From: Dehalococcoidia bacterium
Lineage (GTDB): Bacteria > Chloroflexota > Dehalococcoidia > Plut-88900
Length of the DNA stretch: 64,000 nucleotides
Direction: 5' to 3'
Assembly (NCBI GenBank): GCA_965207225.1
Contig: CBDBLV010000005.1
Coordinates: forward strand, 1,568,001 to 1,632,000
A program made the translations under genes and the position numbers. Under the pieces are notes generated by a model, which worked only from the letters and a program-made list of their open reading frames with translations, was not told the DNA's origin and did no database searches. Shown here in pieces: positions 49,723 to 59,137 of this stretch; position 1 is the stretch's first letter, and every line of letters begins with the position of its first letter.

Positions 49723-50312
49723 ATTTGCCCCCCCACCCCAATCGGGAATCCATCTCGAGGGGTGGAGCGGCCGGCCTCCGTAATGACTACCGGCGGGTCG
49801 CCCACCCCAGGGGAGGGGTCGCTCACCCTGAAGCCCCTCGAAGAGCCTGCCCCGATTCCCTCGAGGGGGTCGAGCGGGGTGGCCCACCCCCGACTGTCAA
49901 ATCTCGCCAGTCATCCCCGCCCACCCTATGCCGTCCTCCCTTCCCCTCTCCCCAGTATTGAACTAGAGGCCGAGGTTGGCGCTAGAGCGCCAACCTCGGC
50001 CTCTGTTATTCTCTCCCCCTCTCCTGTAGAGCCATCAAGGGAGAGGGGGACCAAGGGGGTGAGCGTTCCCTTCCTTCTTCTGAGACTGAGGCGCCCCTCT
50101 CTGTCGTCCCCGACTCCGGTCAAGAATCCCTCCTTTCCTCCCCCAGTATTGAAACTAGAGGGAGCAGTTGGCGCAGGCGCGCCAACTGCTCCCTCTGTTT
50201 TTCCTTCCCCCTCTCCCTTAAAGGCCCTAAGGGAGAGGGGGATAAAGGGGGAGAGGGTTCCTTCCCCGCCCCCTGCGACACGCGAAGTCCCCGGAAATCC
50301 CTTTAAGCGTCG

Positions 50313-50364
50313 TTCAATCAAACCAGCTACGAGTTCAATCAACCTTCAATCAACGTTCAATCAA
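50313..50364 (+). repeat. Four phased TTCAATCAA direct repeats
   Basis: Copies at 50313, 50334, 50345 and 50356. Confidence 0.8.
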
Positions 50365-50508
50365 AACCCCCCACCCCCAACCGAACAAAAGCGGGGTGCG
50401 TCACTGCCCAACAAGGGCAGGCTGTTGACGCAATCTCCTTTTGACATTACCTTGTCGGAGCAATTGCCGGACTGAGAGACCCCAACACAACAACTTGGGA
50501 GAAGCACT

Positions 50509-51750
50509 ATGGGCAGGTCATTTCCAAAGACGGGCGCCAACTGGGACGAGCTCAAGGCTCGCCTGACCGAAGGCCGGCAGGAAGACGTCGACTGGCGCAC
50601 CGGGAAGATATCCGGCCTCCTCTACTACGCCGGCGAAGACGTTATAAAGGTCGCCCATGACGCCTACGCCATGTACTTCAACGAAAACGCGGTCTACCCG
50701 AAGGTGTTTCCCAGCCTTGCCAGGATGGAGGAAGAGGTAATCGACCTGAGCCTGGCGCTCCTGAACGGAGGAGAGCAGGCATCCGGGAGTATGACGACGG
50801 GAGGCACGGAAAGCATCTTCCTGGCCATCAAGACGGCCCGGGACTGGGCCCGGGCCAACAAGCCGCCCAACGGGACCCCCGAGATATTGATGTCCAGGAC
50901 GGCCCACCCGGCCTTCGACAGGGCCGCCGAGCTGATGGACCTTAAGGTCGTGCGCCTTGACCCGGGCCCCGACTTCCGCGCCGACGTTGACGCCATGTCC
51001 GACGCTATCACCGATAACACCATAATGATGGTCGGTTCCGCTCCCGAGTACCCCCACGGCATCGTCGACCCCATCACAGAGCTCGGCAAACTCGCCCAGT
51101 CCCGAGACCTATGGCTCCACGTCGATTGCTGCATTGGCGGCTTCATCGCCCCCTTTGTAAGGAAGCTCGGCTACCCCATACCCGACTTCGATTTCTCGGT
51201 GCCTGGGGTCAGGTCCATATCGGCGGACGTGCACAAGAACGGCTACGCGGCCAAGGGCGCCTCGACCGTCCTCTACAGTAATGCCGAATACCTGCAGTAC
51301 CAGGGGTTCGAGTTCGACCAGTGGTCGAAGGGCTACTACGGGACGCAGACGTTCGTTGGGAGCAGGCCGGGAGGGGCGGTGGCCTCGGCGTGGGCAGTCA
51401 TGAACTACCTTGGAGAAGAGGGTTACATGCGGATTGCCCAGGACGTAATGCACATCCGGGAAGCACTGATGGACGGTGTGAACCGGATAGGTGGGCTGGA
51501 GACCTACGGCGACCCCCAGCTGACCATCTTCACCTACGGGTCGAAAGAGTTCGACATCTTTGCGGTGGCGGACGGGATGGTGGATGCGGGGTGGTACACG
51601 AGCAGGATTCAAGAGCCCAATGCAATCCACATGATGCTATCGTTGATCCAGAAGCCGGTCGTGGAGGAGTACATCAGTGACCTTTCCTACGTGGTGAGCA
51701 AAGTACGGGAGGGTGGTCTGGTGTCGGAGAACAGGAAGATCATCTACTAG
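50509..51750 (+). CDS. PLP-dependent decarboxylase/sphingosine-1-phosphate lyase-like protein
   Basis: TTGGTESI, WLHVDCCIGG, SISADVHKNG. Confidence 0.92.
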   Translation: MGRSFPKTGANWDELKARLTEGRQEDVDWRTGKISGLLYYAGEDVIKVAHDAYAMYFNENAVYPKVFPSLARMEEEVIDLSLALLNGGEQASGSMTTGGTESIFLAIKTARDWARANKPPNGTPEILMSRTAHPAFDRAAELMDLKVVRLDPGPDFRADVDAMSDAITDNTIMMVGSAPEYPHGIVDPITELGKLAQSRDLWLHVDCCIGGFIAPFVRKLGYPIPDFDFSVPGVRSISADVHKNGYAAKGASTVLYSNAEYLQYQGFEFDQWSKGYYGTQTFVGSRPGGAVASAWAVMNYLGEEGYMRIAQDVMHIREALMDGVNRIGGLETYGDPQLTIFTYGSKEFDIFAVADGMVDAGWYTSRIQEPNAIHMMLSLIQKPVVEEYISDLSYVVSKVREGGLVSENRKIIY

Positions 51751-51944
51751 GGCGGGATGGGGGGTGGGGATATGGTTGCGGCCGTTGGATACCGGCGGCC
51801 TCGACATCAGGACGACTCTTACTCCACGCCAGATTCCTCACGGAACATCGGGATGACAGTAATGCGTGAGTCCCGGTTTGGGAGAGTGGCGAAGGCACAA
51901 AATGAAAAGGTAGAATGGCGCATTACTTTTGCCGGAGGGCAACG

Positions 51945-52943
51945 ATGGCCAAACCGAAAATTTATGTAACACGACAGATATTCGACGAAGCCGTAGAGAA
52001 GCTGCGCGATGCCACGGAGATGAAGTACTGGGACTCCGAGATGCCGCCGCCCAGGGACGTTCTCCTGAAGGAGGTGCAGGACATCGACGGGCTGTACTGT
52101 CTCCTGACGGAGAAGATAGACGCGGAGCTGTTTGATGTGGCGCCGAACCTGCGAGTTGTGAGCAACATGGCAGTCGGGTTCGACAACATAGACATCGCCG
52201 AGGCGACGAAGCGAGGGATACCGGTAGGGAACACCCCCGGGGTACTGACGGAGACTACGGCCGACTTCGCATTTGCGCTGCTTATGGCGGCGGGCCGGAG
52301 GGTGTCGGAAGGCGATCGCTACACGAGAGCAGGCAAATGGAAGACCTGGGGCCCGAAAGTGCTTTTGGGACAGGACATCCACGGGTCCACGCTGGGGATC
52401 ATCGGGTTTGGGCGAATCGGGATCGAGATGGCGAAGCGGGCAAGGGGTTTCGGGATGAGCATCGCCTACTACGACATATTCAGAAACGAGGCGGCGGAAA
52501 AGGAATACAACGCCACGTATTGTACGGACCTCAAGGACCTTCTGGGACAATCGGACTTCGTGAGCGTTCACGTTAACTTGACCCCCGAGACCCGGCACCT
52601 GATCAACAGCGACACTCTGGGGGCGATGAAGTCTACGGCGGTGCTGGTGAACACGTCTCGAGGGCCGGTAGTGGACCAGGCTGCCCTATACCATGCGCTA
52701 AAGGACGGGACAATAGCGGCGGCGGGGCTGGACGTCACGGAGGTGGAGCCGATCTCGATGGAAGACCCGCTCCTGACGCTTGAGAACGTGATAATTGCGC
52801 CCCACATAGCCAGCGGCAGCGTTGTGACGAGGACCAAAATGTCGTTGATGGCGGTGGACAACCTGATGGCCGGGCTTAACGGGGAACCGCTGCCCAACAC
52901 CCCCAACCCCGAGGCCCGGGACGTCAGGGCGAAGATGGGTTGA
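51945..52943 (+). CDS. D-glycerate dehydrogenase/glyoxylate reductase
   Basis: NTPGVLTETTAD, GIIGFGRIG, NTSRGPVVD, PHIAS. Confidence 0.95.
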   Translation: MAKPKIYVTRQIFDEAVEKLRDATEMKYWDSEMPPPRDVLLKEVQDIDGLYCLLTEKIDAELFDVAPNLRVVSNMAVGFDNIDIAEATKRGIPVGNTPGVLTETTADFAFALLMAAGRRVSEGDRYTRAGKWKTWGPKVLLGQDIHGSTLGIIGFGRIGIEMAKRARGFGMSIAYYDIFRNEAAEKEYNATYCTDLKDLLGQSDFVSVHVNLTPETRHLINSDTLGAMKSTAVLVNTSRGPVVDQAALYHALKDGTIAAAGLDVTEVEPISMEDPLLTLENVIIAPHIASGSVVTRTKMSLMAVDNLMAGLNGEPLPNTPNPEARDVRAKMG

Positions 52944-55150
52944 CTGGAGACCTCGGGCGCCGAATGAGGTCGGGGGGCGGGGGATGGTGGAGAGTTTTGC
53001 TTGCGCCATTGGTCCTGTTTGTCCTGGCAGCGCAAGTTTCATGTATCGCGTCGGTGGAGGCCACGGGTGACGAGGAGGACTGGGTAGAGGTTAGGCTGGA
53101 CGCCTACTTCACGCTGTTCAACGTCACCTCCGAGGGTAGGGATGTGGTAGAGACGCTGGATTTCAGGCAGATGGAGGGGCGGCCGGCCTGGTACGGGAGC
53201 ACAGGGTATCGAGGGTTTACGGGGGTCGGACAGGCTCGGCCGGACGCGGTGGCACATGAACTAGGGCACGCCTATTGGGGGGCGTTTCCGGTTACGGGAC
53301 ACCCTGAACTATCGTGGGACGTAGCCCCGGGCGCTAACCTATCTACAGCGATGGCCCGTTACCACGATGACCTTGTCAAATTCATGCTTCAGCCACCGGA
53401 CAGGTACGAGCCGCTGAGGGAGCGGTTCAGGAACTTCCCGAATCTCACTAAAGGTCGAATCCCGGACCTGATACACGCGGGAGAAGCGGACATACCGCGC
53501 TTTACTGCGGGAGACTTGGGTCTGGTGCCACCCATCTTGAGAAAGTACTTCGACAGGTATCTGTCAGATGGAGGGCTTGAAACATGGGCTGACCTTATGG
53601 GCTGGTACGCGGCCCTTGAGCCCGGCGACAGGCGCCTGGCCGACACTTATCTTCAAATTGCACATATTCCAAGGGACGCCTATTCGGGGGTGGAGCGGGA
53701 AGAAGGTGCGATGCTGGATGATGCATTGAGAGAGACGCTGGTCGGGGAGGAGAGGCAAAGGCTAATCGACTTTGTTGAGCAGTTCGATGCTGTGCTCAAA
53801 AACGACGACAGCCTGAAGGATGCGGTGAACGTGGATAGGGGATTCCCGTTCTGGCGGAGCTATTTGAGGGAAATGTTCGCATTTCACAAGCGATATCCGG
53901 AAGTGGTGGGGGAGTACGAGGCCACTGATAATGACGGCTCCATAGAGTCGGCGTTTGAGGCACTGGAGTCAGCGATGGCTCTAAGCCATGATAGGGCAGT
54001 CGGATTTCTGACCGACAGGCTGGAAGAAGACTCTTTCCTGTACAACTTCCTGCCGATTCTGGACGACAAACTTCTCTTGGCAGTGCTGGAGCCGGAAACG
54101 GAAGGGACTCCTCCTCATGAGTTGCCGAAAGGTGCGGACGCCTTCGTGGAGGAACTGAGGCACTTCATTGCGGACGTGGAGAAGATTGTCGAGGTGGGGA
54201 GACGGGAGCCGGCGGAGGGCGCCATAGTCGCAGAACAACTTGTTGCGAGATACGAAATAGAAAGTCCGACTAAGCTACAACAAAGTGTGGACACTTTCAT
54301 TGATCTGCTGTTCAGCACCGACAGGCGGGTTGCCAGGGAAATTATGGCCAACCTTCCCGATGACCTCGCCGTGGCCCTGCTGGAACTTACGCCGGCCAAG
54401 GCTCGGCTGAGTTTGCAACCTGTCCAGCTGGTCGACGCACTGGGGATTCAGGAAGATGCTGATCGAGAGGTGTTTACGGAAGGGCTAGGGACACTATTCG
54501 AGAACAGTTCCGGAAACTTCGAAATCGACGTGCGTACGAATGAAGCAGCGTATGACCGGATCGCTGCGAGAGGGTCGAGGGACCCGCAAGGGACGTTAGA
54601 GATCCTCAGGGATGTGCAGCCCCGGGTTAGGGAATTTATCGCCTACAAACCGGAGGAAACGGTGGCGATTCTGAGTTCAGATTTGCAGACTACGCTGGAC
54701 CTGGTGCTGGAGTCAGGGCCGGTGCGGACGCCACCGGCGCGACTGATATACCAGATCGCCTATTTCGATGTGGATTTCGCAGCGGAAATTGTTTCGGGGC
54801 TGGGGAGGAGGGGAGAGGATGAGGTAGTGCAAGAGAGCCTGGCGTATTTTGCGTATGATCTGGAGAGGTCTCGGGACTACCCGGAACAAAGGATATCGCT
54901 GGAGAGGGACGGAGAGTTTCTGTCGGGGCTGATGGAGAGGAACGGATCGTGGTGGCTTATCAGGATGTTAGCAGGAGCGGTAGAGAAGTATGGGCGGGAG
55001 GTCTCGATGGGGAATGTAGACAGAGACTTTCTGGAAGCATTCAAGGAGACACTGGGAGCGGCGGTGACAATCATTGAGGGACCTTGGGAGAAGGAGAGGT
55101 TGGGTCGGGTGGTTGAGGAGGCGTTCGGGGTAGGGAGGCCGCATCTTTAA
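52940..55150 (+). CDS. Exported hypothetical protein with HExxH motif
   Basis: N-terminal hydrophobic segment, VAHELGHAYW, long acidic helical C-terminal region. Confidence 0.75.
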   Translation: MTGDLGRRMRSGGGGWWRVLLAPLVLFVLAAQVSCIASVEATGDEEDWVEVRLDAYFTLFNVTSEGRDVVETLDFRQMEGRPAWYGSTGYRGFTGVGQARPDAVAHELGHAYWGAFPVTGHPELSWDVAPGANLSTAMARYHDDLVKFMLQPPDRYEPLRERFRNFPNLTKGRIPDLIHAGEADIPRFTAGDLGLVPPILRKYFDRYLSDGGLETWADLMGWYAALEPGDRRLADTYLQIAHIPRDAYSGVEREEGAMLDDALRETLVGEERQRLIDFVEQFDAVLKNDDSLKDAVNVDRGFPFWRSYLREMFAFHKRYPEVVGEYEATDNDGSIESAFEALESAMALSHDRAVGFLTDRLEEDSFLYNFLPILDDKLLLAVLEPETEGTPPHELPKGADAFVEELRHFIADVEKIVEVGRREPAEGAIVAEQLVARYEIESPTKLQQSVDTFIDLLFSTDRRVAREIMANLPDDLAVALLELTPAKARLSLQPVQLVDALGIQEDADREVFTEGLGTLFENSSGNFEIDVRTNEAAYDRIAARGSRDPQGTLEILRDVQPRVREFIAYKPEETVAILSSDLQTTLDLVLESGPVRTPPARLIYQIAYFDVDFAAEIVSGLGRRGEDEVVQESLAYFAYDLERSRDYPEQRISLERDGEFLSGLMERNGSWWLIRMLAGAVEKYGREVSMGNVDRDFLEAFKETLGAAVTIIEGPWEKERLGRVVEEAFGVGRPHL

Positions 55151-55216
55151 CTGAAGCAGCGGCTGTGTAAACCAGTCATATAATTGCGACAGGGGGGCGA
55201 CAAAGGCAGGAGTGAT

Positions 55217-55898
55217 TTGAGCAATTCTAACGGCAGATCGTACGTCAAATATACGTTTTTCAAAGCGGACAAGGAGTGGCGGAGACTATCGGGTGGCGAG
55301 AGGATGCAGGGGAGAGAACAGTTCGCTGCGATTCTGGATGAGTGCTCGGACAGGTTGATGGTCGGTCGGAATCCGGGGGGATACCGATCTGCTGATCTGG
55401 AATGCGTGCGATGAACTGGAGCCGATACAGCAGTTGACGGCGGCGCTTTTGGGGTCGGGGCTGGGGAAGCACCTAGATATCCCGTATTCGTACCTGGCGA
55501 TGACCCGGAAGTCGATTTACACGGAGAAGCACCGGCACCCGGGGCAGGAGGGGAACAGGCTGAAGATCACTCCAACGGGAGCCCGGTACCTGTTCGTCTA
55601 CCCGTTTGTGAAGACCCGGGCGTGGTATATGCTGGACAAAGCGGAGAGGCAGCGGATGATGGATGCGCACATCACCACGGGGCACAAGTACCCATCGGTG
55701 AAGATCAACACCAGCTACTCCTTTGGGTTGGACGATCAGGAGTTCATGGTCTCCTTCGAGACGGACAGCCCGTCGGACTTCCTGGACCTCGTGATGGAGC
55801 TCCGCGGGACGGAGGCTAGCAGCTACACACTGCGGGACACGCCGATTTTCACGTGCGTATCCATGAGTCCGATGGAGGCGCTGGAGATGCTGGGCTAG
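55217..55898 (+). pseudogene. Chlorite dismutase/coproheme decarboxylase family gene split by a frameshift
   Basis: YTFFKADKEWRRL in one frame; GIRGDTDLLIW...VYPFVKTRAWY...YSFGLDDQEF in the next; switch at ~55361-55365. Confidence 0.8.
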
Positions 55899-57052
55899 CC
55901 GACTGCTGCCTGCTGCCGGGACTCTACGAGGGGGATGACCCTCTCCGCGAACAACTCGATGGAGCGCATGACGTGGCGGTGGTCCAGACCCGGCATGGCC
56001 ATAAGGGTCAGCAGGCTGTCCAACTGATACTCCTCATCAAGCTCGCGGATCTTGGCGGCGACGAACTCGGGATCTCCGATGAAGAGGTGGTTTTTCTCCA
56101 TGAGGAAGTCGAACCAGGGTTTCACCTTGTCCTCTTCGGTGAGCTCCTCGCCGGGTTCGAGGTAGATGGAGCGGGGTCTGGCGCCGCTGGTGTACTGAGC
56201 CAGGGCGTTTAGGGGGCCTTCGGCGATGCGCCGGGCCTCTTCGTTGGTCTCGGCGACGAAGGTTGTGCGGAGAAGGGCGCAGTCCTCGCCGAGAGCCATA
56301 GGCCGACCATTGACCCGGGTTGCGGCCTCCTGGTAGGTGGAGAATACCTCCCAAAGGCTGCCCCGGGCCCTGAGCCAGGTCATAGGTTTGAGCCCGAGCT
56401 CGGCGGCGACGACGAAGCCAGGGGTCTTGTCGACGACGTTCCAGAGAGGGGGGTGGGGGGACTGGAAGGGCTTGGGCTGGATGGACATGCCGATATACTC
56501 GCCCTCTTCGGAGCGGTACCTGGGGTCGCGCTCGCGCCAGGAGTGGCTGTCTTTAACGCCGGGGTGGGGGAAGCTGTAGAACTCTCCGTCGTAGGTGAAG
56601 GGGTCCTCGGTCCAGGCCCTTTTCATAATATCTACGGTCTCGGTGAAGACGCGCCAGTTCTTCTGCTCGTTGCGGCGGTCTGCTTCGATGTTCAGGTTGG
56701 TGAGCTCCCGGGGGAAGATGCCGCGCCCGACGCCGCACTCGACGCGTCCGCCGCTGAGCTGGTCGAGCATGGCGACGTCCTCGGCGACGCGGAGGGGGTG
56801 CCACTGGGGGACGATGAGCGCTGCAAGGCCAAGCCGGACATCGGTGGTCTTGGCGGCCAGATGGGAGAGGATCATCATGGGGTTGGGGATCCCGTCGAAA
56901 CCCTCGCCGCCGAAGTGGTGCTCGCCGAGCCAGACGGCGTTGAAGCCCGCCTGCTCGATGGCGAGAGTCTGCTCGGTGAGTTCGGAGAGGATCTGGTTGT
57001 ATGGGAGTCGGAGGTCGGGGTTGTCCAGAGTGGAGAAGAAACCGAATTTCAA
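55895..57052 (-). CDS. LLM-class flavin-dependent monooxygenase
   Basis: VWLGEHHF, HPLRVAEDVAMLDQLSGGRVECGVGRG, PKPFQSPHPP. Confidence 0.95.
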   Translation of the reverse strand: MKFGFFSTLDNPDLRLPYNQILSELTEQTLAIEQAGFNAVWLGEHHFGGEGFDGIPNPMMILSHLAAKTTDVRLGLAALIVPQWHPLRVAEDVAMLDQLSGGRVECGVGRGIFPRELTNLNIEADRRNEQKNWRVFTETVDIMKRAWTEDPFTYDGEFYSFPHPGVKDSHSWRERDPRYRSEEGEYIGMSIQPKPFQSPHPPLWNVVDKTPGFVVAAELGLKPMTWLRARGSLWEVFSTYQEAATRVNGRPMALGEDCALLRTTFVAETNEEARRIAEGPLNALAQYTSGARPRSIYLEPGEELTEEDKVKPWFDFLMEKNHLFIGDPEFVAAKIRELDEEYQLDSLLTLMAMPGLDHRHVMRSIELFAERVIPLVESRQQAAVG

Positions 57053-57235
57053 GATCAGACTCCTGCTGCCTTGTGTAATCGGGCCTCAGGTTAGCACAGG
57101 CGGGAAAGGGAGTCTATCAGCAGGGGGGAGATGAGATGAAGGTCGGTCTGGGTGTTGTGGGGGGAGGGGTGGGATTATGGGCTAGCGGGGCAGGTCCTTT
57201 CTATGGGCGGGACCCGCCACGCCCCCGCACCGCCC

Positions 57236-57400
57236 TGGATTCCCGACTGCTCGGGAATGACGGATTGGGAAGGGATGGATTCCGGCTCGGGGGCCGGAAT
57301 GACGGAAAGGGGAGGGGTGAGTTGCGGGGTCAGGGGTGAGTGTTTCGGAGGGATGGATTCCTGCCTCCGCAGGAATGACGAAGAAGAGGCGGGAATGACG
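57236..57400 (-). repeat. Cluster of CGTC-type REP palindromes
   Basis: TGGATTCC-n-GGAATGACG at 57236, 57276 and 57354 plus a half copy at 57389; the stems differ but stay paired. Confidence 0.85.
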
Positions 57401-57419
57401 GTGTAAAGGGAGGGGAATG

Positions 57420-57827
57420 CCAGCGCCCCCTCATCGGCGTAAGCCGGGGCGTCGGGGACCGGAACGTGGGCAATCGCCTGGGCGTTGGCCCGGGCAATCT
57501 TCGCAAGGCCGGGTAGGGCGTTGCGGGCGTACCTCCGCGCAAAGGCGCGGGCATCCACAGCGGAGGGGAAAGCTCGCAAAGGGTTAGCTGTGGGAAATAC
57601 ATCTGCGGCGAGCCTGGGCAGGCATCCACGGCGGAGGGGGGCACTCGCGGGGGTTAGCCGTGGGAACATCTGCAGCGAGTGAAAGCAGGCATCCATCCGT
57701 ACGCCGCTATGGGCGCAGGTGGGGTCCTTCCGCGGAAAACCGCGGGCATCCACGTCCGGGTGGGGCAGCAAGGGAAGATGCGGCTCCTTAGTGACGCCGG
57801 ACGGCAGTAGTCGAGAGGGGGCGCTGG
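57420..57827 (+). ncRNA. Candidate large structured RNA (unrecognised family)
   Basis: 13-bp closing stem, nested long-range helices, duplicated module with compensatory change, G-U pairs and a GNRA loop on the + strand. Confidence 0.5.
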
Positions 57828-57969
57828 GCTTTGAACTTCCACGGGGGAAGGGTGAAGGGCTGAGGGACACGGTAGGCGGAAAGGTAGTGGGGAGGAGGTG
57901 CGTGTCGGCAGAGGGTCGGTCCCATACCGACCGGGTGCGACGGGGCCATGTGAGGCCTATGCGGCTCAT
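57822..57969 (-). CDS. MSRI leader peptide, copy B (N-terminal conserved part; frame stays open to 57175)
   Basis: AAAGGAGTCCCATGAGCCGCATA identical to copy A; 17/34 aa identical with synonymous changes. Confidence 0.5.
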
Positions 57970-58032
57970 GGGACTCCTTTAGTCCTTTCCTGGTTTGGTG
58001 GCCCGGGTAACGAGGCCGGTGCCACGAACATA

Positions 58033-58060
58033 AGTATAGCACATACATTTACAAAATCAA
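58033..58060 (-). promoter_or_regulatory. Sigma70-like promoter of MSRI cassette B
   Basis: TTGATT-16bp-TATACT with extended TG on the minus strand. Confidence 0.65.
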
Positions 58061-58109
58061 TAGGTGGGGGTGGTAATGGAGGAACGCGACGGATTGCAAA
58101 AGCGTGGTC

Positions 58110-58291
58110 CGCCCCTGCTCATACTTCGAGTGGCCTCAGCATGAGCGGCCCAACCCCAAGAAGGAAACTCCCTCACCCCGCCCCAGATTCCTCGCGGGGC
58201 ATCGGAATGACAGGGGAGAAGGCTGTGGGTGGGGTGAAGGATGGTTGTGGGTTGGCGGGCGTGAGAGATCTTTCGCGGGGCATCGGAATGG
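58110..58291 (-). repeat. Inverted copies of the 48412-48783 REP-like unit
   Basis: GCTCATACTTCGAG..GCCTCAGCATGAGCGG at ~58117 and AGATTCCTCGCGGGGCATCGGAATGAC at 58185-58211; degenerate copy at ~58266. Confidence 0.85.
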
Positions 58292-58341
58292 GATAAAGGG
58301 AGTAGGGTAGGGGGCTGTGCTAAAATCGGCGAATCCGGGCA

Positions 58342-59130
58342 TTGAAGAGCGAGGCATTTACGCGCATGCAGCTACCTCACATAGGACTGGATATTGACGG
58401 ACCGGTGGCCGTTTTGACGTTGAGGGGAGAGGATGAGTCCAATCGTGTGACGGCGGCAATGGGGGAGGACATGGCGGCGACGGTTGAATGGGTCAGGGAC
58501 GACGAGAGTGTGCGGGTTGTGGTGGTGACGGGGGAGGGTGCGGTGTTCTCCGGGGGGACAGAGGCGGCGGTGAGGGAGGTCGTGGGCAGGGGTGTTGACA
58601 GGGCGCCGGGCGCGGCCCGCCATATCGCTCAACTGGCTTTACCGGTGATTGCGGCAGTCAATGGGGATGCGCTGGGGTTGGGGCTGGAGCTGGCGCTGGC
58701 CTGTGACCTTAGGGTGGCGAGCGAGGAAGCCGTTTTCGCGATGGACCAGATCAAGTACGGAATGATGTCGTGGGACGGCGGGACGCAGCGTTTGCCGAGG
58801 CTGGTGGGCCGGGGGCGGGGGGCGGCGATGGTTTTAACCGGGATGGAGGTGGATGCCGAGAGGGCGCTGGAGATGGGGTTGGCGCACGCCTTGTTTCCGA
58901 GGGAATCGGTGGTGAAGGAAGCCATTGCGCTGGCGCACAGAATTGCGAACCATGCCCCCGTGGCCCTGGAGTATGCAAAAGAAACGATAAACAAGGGGAT
59001 GGACATGACGCTGGACCAGGGGCTCAGGCTGGAGCAGGACCTGACCGTGATATTGCAGTCGACGGCAGACCGGGCCGAGGGAATCCGGTCTTTCCTGGAG
59101 AAGCGCAAGCCAGAATTCCGCGGCGAATAG
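58342..59130 (+). CDS. Enoyl-CoA hydratase/isomerase
   Basis: PVIAAVNGDALGLGLELALACDLR, GGTQRLPRLVG. Confidence 0.93.
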   Translation: MKSEAFTRMQLPHIGLDIDGPVAVLTLRGEDESNRVTAAMGEDMAATVEWVRDDESVRVVVVTGEGAVFSGGTEAAVREVVGRGVDRAPGAARHIAQLALPVIAAVNGDALGLGLELALACDLRVASEEAVFAMDQIKYGMMSWDGGTQRLPRLVGRGRGAAMVLTGMEVDAERALEMGLAHALFPRESVVKEAIALAHRIANHAPVALEYAKETINKGMDMTLDQGLRLEQDLTVILQSTADRAEGIRSFLEKRKPEFRGE

Positions 59131-59137
59131 GGGCGGT

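Larger units (their letters stand above)
48820..50265 (+). repeat. Three dispersed ~130-bp units, each a 40-nt hairpin plus a CCCCCTCTCC..GGGAGAGGGGG palindrome
   Basis: Units near 48820-48950, 49940-50072 and 50135-50265. Confidence 0.8.

Noticed and set aside
49009-50475. 488-aa ORF as one genuine protein
   Set aside because: The C-terminal half translates palindromic repeats; only the MSRI leader and terminase fragment look protein-like
57420-57827. tmRNA, RNase P or group II intron identity for the structured element
   Set aside because: No T-loop/CCA end, no GAGGAAAGTCC or matching P4 3' strand, no domain V signature
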